DNA of 64,000 nucleotides from Verrucomicrobiota bacterium (lineage in GTDB: Bacteria > Verrucomicrobiota > Verrucomicrobiia > Opitutales > Cerasicoccaceae): positions 544,001-608,000 of the forward strand of contig JBCBUK010000001.1 in assembly GCA_039818205.1 (NCBI GenBank), read 5' to 3'. Both the position numbers and the translations under genes were made by a program. Positions 32,291-38,703 of this stretch are shown here, in pieces. A model generated the notes under the pieces. The model worked only from the letters and a program-made list of their open reading frames with translations. It did not search any database and was not told the DNA's origin. Numbering within the stretch: the first letter of the stretch is position 1; every line of letters starts with the position of its first letter.

Positions 32291-34699
32291 CTAAGGATAT
32301 ATCGAGAGAGCCCGCACCTCGCAGGGCTGCAGCAGAATCGAATCAACCGCTAATTTCCGGCCCGAGAACAAGTCGATTCCTTCAACTAAACCCGAACGTC
32401 GATTCGAAAGATTCACAATCCGCGGCTCTTTGCTCAAATTGTTTAACAAGACGACTATGTGAGACGTCTCGGGCAACCAGACCTGCTCGATCATCACACC
32501 GTCCCGGTTGCGACCATGTTCATCAACTATCGTGGATGCCAACGGTGTTCTTGACGCCAGTAGGGCGAACCGCTCGCGAAAAACCTTCTGGTAGTGTTCC
32601 CGATCACCGCTCGCGACGGTATTCTCAGTAGACAGCTCAAGGCGATCAGCTCGCGGGAATCCCAATTCTGTTTTCTGGAAGTTATCGCCGACTTGAACGA
32701 TATTTCCGCCAACCCGTTTGAACGATGTCAAGGCATCCAGACTGCGGTCGCTGATAAACTTGGTTGGCGTCACCAAGACTACCTGCTCCGCCGAATCCAA
32801 CGCCCCTACCCGATTGGGCGTGGTAAAGCCAACTGGCAAATTCAACAACTTGAGCGACTCGTAAACGAGAACCATATTGTCGATATATGTGGGGTCTTGG
32901 ATCGCGGATTCTTCGACGTAATAGATCAGGACGTGCCGCTGCCGCTGGGAAAGCTCCACGAGCCACTCAGCGTTCGCATTCAACTCTTTCATCGTGCGGC
33001 CATAGGCATCGAGCGCGACAGGCTGCGTTGACAACTCACCAATGTGATCGGCTCGATCCTGCAAGGAACCATCAGCATTTCGTCCCCACAACCAGGGTTT
33101 AATCATGCTCATCCCTTCTGCAAAGGCCAACCAGAGCGCAGAGCGCACGTATTCGCGGCTTAGATTGAAATCGCGCCAGTTGACGCTGCTAAAGCCGTGC
33201 CATTCAGAATCGTAGAACGGGCGCTCCGGATAGAGCGATCTCGCAAAATCCAGAAACATCGATTGCTCAACCCAATCGTAGGCATAGCGCTCCCGCCATC
33301 CCGCATTAGAGCCAAGGCCATCTTCTTGCCTACCGGCAAAAATCGCGGATGCCGGTGCCGTTCGCAGATCCGCACCAATCACCTCTTGAAGGTCCATTAG
33401 ATATTCGACGTCGATGCCGCCTTCGCGGGTGTTTCGGGCGATGGAATAGCCAAGCATTTTGATGGTCACTGGCGCCTGAACTCCGTCGTGAGACTGCACC
33501 ATGTCTTTCAAAAATGAGAACCACTCATTGACGCGCGACTGATTGAATCGACACCAGTCGTACCACTGAGGACCACCCCGCAGCGCCGTCTCATCGACTT
33601 GGCGGACGCGGTGATCATCACCGTCGAATGACGATTCGCCTAACGCAAATATTTCAACATCTTCGAAACCCGCAAAGTTTGAGTCGTAGATTCTGTTCAG
33701 CTCGTCGATCGACTGGTATTTTTCCGCCAACCAGTCATGGTATTTAGCCACGGTATAATCCGACAGGCCATTGTTCGCAAGCCACCCGCCACGTGTCGTG
33801 GAAAAGTGCGGCTCGTTGGCCAACAGATGAATCTGGGGCCGATCGCCAAATCCGCGACTTACGGCTGGCAATATCAATTTGGTAAGCTGGCCCATCCATT
33901 CACGGATTAGCGGGCTATCGATATCATACTGAGTAAAGCGGCGCCCACCCTGCTGGATTTCGGGATGCCCTTCGACCATCCAACCGGAGGGATTGTGCCC
34001 CAGAAACAAGACGGCTGGAGAGAGGTTCCGTTCCGCTTGAGCCGCCGCTCGTTTCGCGACCGATGCCACGGATCTCGGATGCACCTCACCGGATGGCTCC
34101 AGCATCGACAACGCATAGTAGACCTGGCCAATGCGGCCATACGATTCCGCGAAGTTATCACTATCCGCCATCCACACCAGCGAACTTGGAAACACTGGGC
34201 GACCATTCAGCTCGAAGTAGCCTGGACCTATTGCGATCTTACCTTTCGAAAGATCCGGCGGTTCCGGCAACACTACCTCTTTAGCAAGTTGCTGCTGTAG
34301 CTGGTGGACGGCAAAACCGGCCACTTCAAGACAGGCACGCAGCTCGTTACTGGCCAACGACTCGGCCTCTGACGCCGCTTGATCACGGAGATGCCAATAC
34401 CCACTGAAGATCTGAGTGGTCCGTTCAACGTTGGCGACATCTTGCTGAGCAGCCTGACGAAAAACATCGATCGTATCAGCTGATACCCGGGCGTAGTCCG
34501 TGGTCACCCCACGTTTTTCACCTTCAGCAATGAGCTCCGCCAAGACACGTGACTCTTGGTCAAGCGAGTCATTAAGCATTCGCCACTCGGCATCACTATC
34601 TCGAGCGGCAAACGCATCAATTCCAACGCACACCAACGAAGCGATCATGCACCCCAAGCACCTCTTCCAGAAACCATTCATCACCGAGTATTTGCCCAC
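32291..34699 (-). CDS. GH42-like (clan GH-A) glycoside hydrolase, exported; exact family uncertain
   Basis: Acid/base-like LANEPHF; WLAEKYQSIDELNRIY and WYDWCRF resemble GH42; nucleophile-like YDSEWHG; trimerisation-like C-terminal domain; signal peptide. Confidence 0.65.
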   Translation of the reverse strand: MGKYSVMNGFWKRCLGCMIASLVCVGIDAFAARDSDAEWRMLNDSLDQESRVLAELIAEGEKRGVTTDYARVSADTIDVFRQAAQQDVANVERTTQIFSGYWHLRDQAASEAESLASNELRACLEVAGFAVHQLQQQLAKEVVLPEPPDLSKGKIAIGPGYFELNGRPVFPSSLVWMADSDNFAESYGRIGQVYYALSMLEPSGEVHPRSVASVAKRAAAQAERNLSPAVLFLGHNPSGWMVEGHPEIQQGGRRFTQYDIDSPLIREWMGQLTKLILPAVSRGFGDRPQIHLLANEPHFSTTRGGWLANNGLSDYTVAKYHDWLAEKYQSIDELNRIYDSNFAGFEDVEIFALGESSFDGDDHRVRQVDETALRGGPQWYDWCRFNQSRVNEWFSFLKDMVQSHDGVQAPVTIKMLGYSIARNTREGGIDVEYLMDLQEVIGADLRTAPASAIFAGRQEDGLGSNAGWRERYAYDWVEQSMFLDFARSLYPERPFYDSEWHGFSSVNWRDFNLSREYVRSALWLAFAEGMSMIKPWLWGRNADGSLQDRADHIGELSTQPVALDAYGRTMKELNANAEWLVELSQRQRHVLIYYVEESAIQDPTYIDNMVLVYESLKLLNLPVGFTTPNRVGALDSAEQVVLVTPTKFISDRSLDALTSFKRVGGNIVQVGDNFQKTELGFPRADRLELSTENTVASGDREHYQKVFRERFALLASRTPLASTIVDEHGRNRDGVMIEQVWLPETSHIVVLLNNLSKEPRIVNLSNRRSGLVEGIDLFSGRKLAVDSILLQPCEVRALSIYP

Positions 34700-34798
34700 T
34701 CATAGTAACCCGATCACGATCTTTCAAGGCCACTCTACAAATACCCGGCGCTGTGCATCGACTCGTCGACCATGTTTCCCTACTAGAATCTATCGAGC

Positions 34799-35167
34799 TC
34801 AAGCGATTGCCCGACGATAGAGGCGGAACTCAATCGCATTCTCGATTTCAAGCTTCAGAGCCTTCATCGAAAACGGTTTGGCGATCTCGATGCGAGTGGA
34901 CGATTCATTGCTGCTTTGGTAATCGACCATATGGATCACAGGAATGTCTTCGCGGTGCATTGCCGCTAACCTCTTTTCAAAATCGCAGTCCTCTCGAGTA
35001 GCCAGCGCTCCATTCAACAAAATCAAATCGATAGATGCTGATTCAATAATGTCTAATGCGACCTCACAGCTGGTCGCTTCGACATCGGAGTAACCTTGGT
35101 AGGAAATGAAATTTTGTAGCGTCCACATCGAGCGCCCAGCGTCCTCAACAATTAAGATTTTGATCAT
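34799..35167 (-). CDS. stand-alone receiver-like (pseudo-receiver) protein
   Basis: KILIVED and KPF are present, but DLILLN has Asn at the phospho-Asp position. Start at ATG 35167. Confidence 0.7.
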   Translation of the reverse strand: MIKILIVEDAGRSMWTLQNFISYQGYSDVEATSCEVALDIIESASIDLILLNGALATREDCDFEKRLAAMHREDIPVIHMVDYQSSNESSTRIEIAKPFSMKALKLEIENAIEFRLYRRAIA

Positions 35168-35173
35168 GGAGCC

Positions 35174-35206
35174 ATTATATGACTGCAACATTAATACTTA
35201 GTTAAT
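35174..35206 (-). promoter_or_regulatory. promoter with TATAAT and 11-bp-period tandem repeats (leaderless)
   Basis: Minus strand TATAAT (35179-35174) lies 6 nt before the ATG. Plus-strand TTAAT at 35191 and 35202. Confidence 0.5.
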
Positions 35207-35257
35207 GGAGACCAGAATCCGTTTTAAAAAAGTTGTAAAATCCCACCAATCGCGCAG

Positions 35258-36913
35258 CTAGCCCCTAATACGACGGGGCAACCTAATGGCGAAACAGGTT
35301 TCTTGGCAGGGAATACTCGTAACTGAAATCGTCCCACGATGGGCTTCAACGATCGCTCTTGATATGCAAAGCCCAAGCCCGACATTAAGCGTATGACGAC
35401 TCTTTGTTCGCGATAAGTTTTCTTGGAAGAAACGATCGAAGAGCTTCTCAATACTATCAGGTTGGATGCCTTTGCCATTATCGATCACCTCAATAACGAC
35501 CGCATCCGGTTCCATCTTCGAACGGATAATCAGGTCAATCGAAACATTGTTATGCTGCAGCGCATTGTTTACCAAGTTCGTGATAACCTGCTCTAGCCGG
35601 AACGGGTCGCAATAGATGTTCCCCAGGCAATGTTCCGTTGTGATTGTGGAACCTTCGCGATTCACAATCGGACGAAGGTCCTCAATCAAACTTTCAACCA
35701 AAAGGCGCACCGGAAGTTCCTCAAGTTCTAAGCTAAACCGTCCGGAGTCATAGCGCGACAATTCAAGGAGGTCATCGGTAATGCGCTTGATTCGTTTCAC
35801 CGAGCGATTACAGGTATCGAGAATCTCTTCAAACTCCATAATCGAGCGTTCCCGGGAGCGCCCGAGTTCAATCTGCGCAATGAGAGACGTTAACGGCGTA
35901 CGTAATTCATGTGAGGCATCCGCAGTAAAGCGAACCTGTCGCTGGAAAAGATCCTCAAGCTCATCGAACGTATGATTCAGGTTGCTCGAAAGATTAGCGA
36001 GTTCCGTCGTGCTTCGACCCACTGACTTTGGAATGCGCTCGTCGATCTTGCCACCCGCAATCGCCTCGGAGGTTTCCGCGATCAGACCAAGTGGCGCCAA
36101 TGACCGGGACACAAACAGACTGCCAATAGCCACGCCAAATACGAAGATCAACGAATTCACTCCGAGAATCTGCCATTTCAAAACGCCCAGTTGTCGATTC
36201 AACTTCTCGAGGTCAAAACCGACAATGATCCGAGCATGGGGCACACTGTGAAGAATCTCGCGGAATCGATGGTCGCGAATACGTTTCCAATATCCCTCGT
36301 GCAACGCGGGCACTACCAGATCCGGCGCGTTATCAGATTTATAAATCATTTCGTTTCCTTGCGGCGTCCAAACCAAGGCGTAAAACCCTATATCCTCATA
36401 ACGTTCTTCAACCACGGCAAATGGTGCTGGCCGATCATCGGAAAAATTGTTTCGGCCACGGGGCCTCATTGCGTCGACGCTGCGGACCCACCCCTCGTCG
36501 CTATTTGGATCGGTATATCCAGCCCGCAAAACGTCATTCATGGATTCGCGGTCAAACGGGCCTCCGCTGCCACTAGGAGGGCCTGGCTGCCCTCCACTAC
36601 CCGGGCCAGACCTGCCACTATAATCACTGCCAGGCCGCGATCCACTCGACCCCGGTGGGCGACGGTCCTCCCGATCCCCTGGCCGCGGCCTTCGCTGGTT
36701 GTTGCTAGCGCGATTCAGCATGGGATTCATTGTCCCATTCATAACCGCCGCAGCATGGACTAAGGGGTGAATTTGCTGATCGAGCAGGAAGTCGTATTCG
36801 CTTAACCGATGGGCTCGCTCATTGTAGAAAAAACCAACTCCCAATACGGCCAGCACGATCGCAAGGATAATGGCATGCCAGACCTGGATCTTCCACTTCA
36901 GTGACATTTTCAT
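35258..36913 (-). CDS. OmpR-partner sensor histidine kinase (TM-HAMP-HisKA-HATPase)
   Basis: FTADASHELRTPL, NLVNNALQH, DNGKGI, LFDRFF, GLGLCI. Two TM helices flank a G/S/P/R-rich periplasmic segment. Confidence 0.93.
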   Translation of the reverse strand: MKMSLKWKIQVWHAIILAIVLAVLGVGFFYNERAHRLSEYDFLLDQQIHPLVHAAAVMNGTMNPMLNRASNNQRRPRPGDREDRRPPGSSGSRPGSDYSGRSGPGSGGQPGPPSGSGGPFDRESMNDVLRAGYTDPNSDEGWVRSVDAMRPRGRNNFSDDRPAPFAVVEERYEDIGFYALVWTPQGNEMIYKSDNAPDLVVPALHEGYWKRIRDHRFREILHSVPHARIIVGFDLEKLNRQLGVLKWQILGVNSLIFVFGVAIGSLFVSRSLAPLGLIAETSEAIAGGKIDERIPKSVGRSTTELANLSSNLNHTFDELEDLFQRQVRFTADASHELRTPLTSLIAQIELGRSRERSIMEFEEILDTCNRSVKRIKRITDDLLELSRYDSGRFSLELEELPVRLLVESLIEDLRPIVNREGSTITTEHCLGNIYCDPFRLEQVITNLVNNALQHNNVSIDLIIRSKMEPDAVVIEVIDNGKGIQPDSIEKLFDRFFQENLSRTKSRHTLNVGLGLCISRAIVEAHRGTISVTSIPCQETCFAIRLPRRIRG

Positions 36914-36950
36914 CAGGGCTAGCTACGATAATTGTATTCGTTCCGCGGAA

Positions 36951-37607
36951 TCAGGACTTGGGGATAATATATCCGAGGCCGCGTCGGTTCTGGAGAAAGT
37001 CTTTCCCGAGCTTCTTTCTTATATTGTAAATCTGAACATCCAGCACGTTGGAAAATCCCTCTTCATCTTCAATGAGTAGCGCTTCACACAGCGTCGGGCG
37101 ATCGATTACCGTACCGGCATGCCTCGCTAAATACTCGACTATTTTGTATTGAGCAGCAGTCAGGTTCACTGGGTTTCCGTCGAGCTGAATCGCACTGCTC
37201 GCAGTATCAATTGTCACTCGGCCCAGTTGAATAACGTTCGTGGCCAATCCAGCCGATCGCCGCACCAATGCCCGGACTCGGGCAACTAGCTCGAGCGTTT
37301 CGTAGGGTTTGACCAGATAGTCATCTGCCCCAGTATCCAATCCTCGAATGCGGTCATCAAGATCGCCTCGTGCTGTCAGCATCAGGACTGGGGTCGACTT
37401 TTCTCCTCGCAACCGCGAAAGCAACTCCCAGCCATCCAAACCGGGCAACATTACATCGAGAATGACCGCATCAAAATCCCAACATCGCGCCATGTACAGG
37501 CCTTCGGTACCGTTATCAGACGACTCAACCGTACAACCCTGCTCGGCCAAGGCCTGCGTCAAACTGCGACGAACGTCGTCATCATCTTCAATGACCAGAA
37601 TTTTCAC
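36951..37607 (-). CDS. OmpR/PhoB-family response regulator
   Basis: KILVIEDD, LDVMLPGLDG, LTAR, GADDYLVKP, SNVLDVQIYNIRKKLG, RGLGY. Probable start GTG 37607. Confidence 0.95.
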   Translation of the reverse strand: MKILVIEDDDDVRRSLTQALAEQGCTVESSDNGTEGLYMARCWDFDAVILDVMLPGLDGWELLSRLRGEKSTPVLMLTARGDLDDRIRGLDTGADDYLVKPYETLELVARVRALVRRSAGLATNVIQLGRVTIDTASSAIQLDGNPVNLTAAQYKIVEYLARHAGTVIDRPTLCEALLIEDEEGFSNVLDVQIYNIRKKLGKDFLQNRRGLGYIIPKS

Positions 37608-37631
37608 TACGTCTAATAGAAGCACCGAAAA

Positions 37632-37676
37632 ATTATAGCAGATCAATCATGAATCTTAACTTAATGAAAAGTTAAC
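37632..37676 (-). promoter_or_regulatory. extended -10 promoter of the response regulator with three 11-bp-period repeats
   Basis: Minus strand TG-C-TATAAT (37640-37632). Plus-strand TGAAT, TTAAT, TTAAC at 37650, 37661, 37672. Confidence 0.55.
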
Positions 37677-38027
37677 GGCGAGTAAAGCAGTCTCCGATCT
37701 CCCTACCAGCGAACGATTCATCATTCCACAAATCACTATAGCACATGAGGTTAAGCATCCAGAAAAATCAATTATTTATACCTCACCAAAGCGCAAAAAT
37801 TTAAAAAAAGTGCGAAGATTATCGCTTCGTTTAGCCCACATTCACTTTCGGACTGTATAATGCCTCCCAACAATACAAAACGGACCGAGGGCACGTTTGC
37901 CCGAACGGGACTAGGCTACGCTAACGATGCTGCGACGACGGCTACTTCACCCTTGTCATTAGCGCCGCCTCAACCGTATCCTTTGGTATCATTAAATATT
38001 TTTACACTTCTATCAATTTATTAGCAA

Positions 38028-38573
38028 ATGAAAATTGAGACATATCGATTAACCCTAAGACCGTTCAGGCCCGACGAGTTTGGCTGGTTCCACGCTGTGC
38101 TAAGCGATCCGCGAGCAATGGCGTTTTCTTACTACGGCCCGCTTCAGCCAGAGTTCAGCGCGCAGCTCTTTCAACAGTTTCAGGTCCTGCAGCAGGAGAA
38201 AGGGTTCTCTCCTTGGGCCGTCTGCAACGGCGTGACTGGCCAATTCATTGGACTCTGCGGCATACAGGAAATCGAACTCAACGGAACGCCTAAGCATGAG
38301 GTAACCTTCCGAATTCTTCCCGAACATTGGGGTAACGGTTATGGTGCCGAAGCGGCTGGCGCCGCCTATCGTTTTGCTTTCGAGGGCCTCTTTGCGGAGG
38401 AAGTCGTTTCGGTGATTAATCCACAAAACAGCCACGCAATTGCCGTTGCGACAGCGAATGGGCTCAAAGCTTCTTCCGAAACCACGGTCGATGGCCACTC
38501 CATGACGGTTTACTCCCAATCAATCAGCGATTATTTTCAGTTTCACGGACTCCTCGGCGACTTGGCGGTCTAG
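38028..38573 (+). CDS. GNAT-family (RimJ/RimL-like) N-acetyltransferase
   Basis: IETYRLTLRPF, FIGLCGI, PEHWGNGYGAEAA (acetyl-CoA motif A), INPQN. Confidence 0.9.
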   Translation: MKIETYRLTLRPFRPDEFGWFHAVLSDPRAMAFSYYGPLQPEFSAQLFQQFQVLQQEKGFSPWAVCNGVTGQFIGLCGIQEIELNGTPKHEVTFRILPEHWGNGYGAEAAGAAYRFAFEGLFAEEVVSVINPQNSHAIAVATANGLKASSETTVDGHSMTVYSQSISDYFQFHGLLGDLAV

Positions 38574-38599
38574 CGGGATCTGGTAAGCACTAATATGCG

Positions 38600-38632
38600 G
38601 GAGGCGGCGGTCCTCAGATGACTGCCGTCTCC
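38600..38632. terminator. GC-rich hairpin between convergent genes
   Basis: GGAGGCGGCGGTC-CTCAGAT-GACTGCCGTCTCC; no clear U tract. Confidence 0.5.
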
Positions 38633-38703
38633 TCGTCCAACAATCCATCTTAGTGGCAGAACCGAGAAAACACTCAAGTGCTTACAAAGGAAATTTGGAC
38701 CCG

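Noticed and set aside
9128..37798. Recurrent CGCAAAA in intergenic regions (e.g. near 9128, 9300, 13928, 16714, 19231, 23333, 37792) as an XylR operator
   Set aside because: Too short, with no consistent spacing or position; it may simply reflect TTGCG-type -35 elements or base composition.
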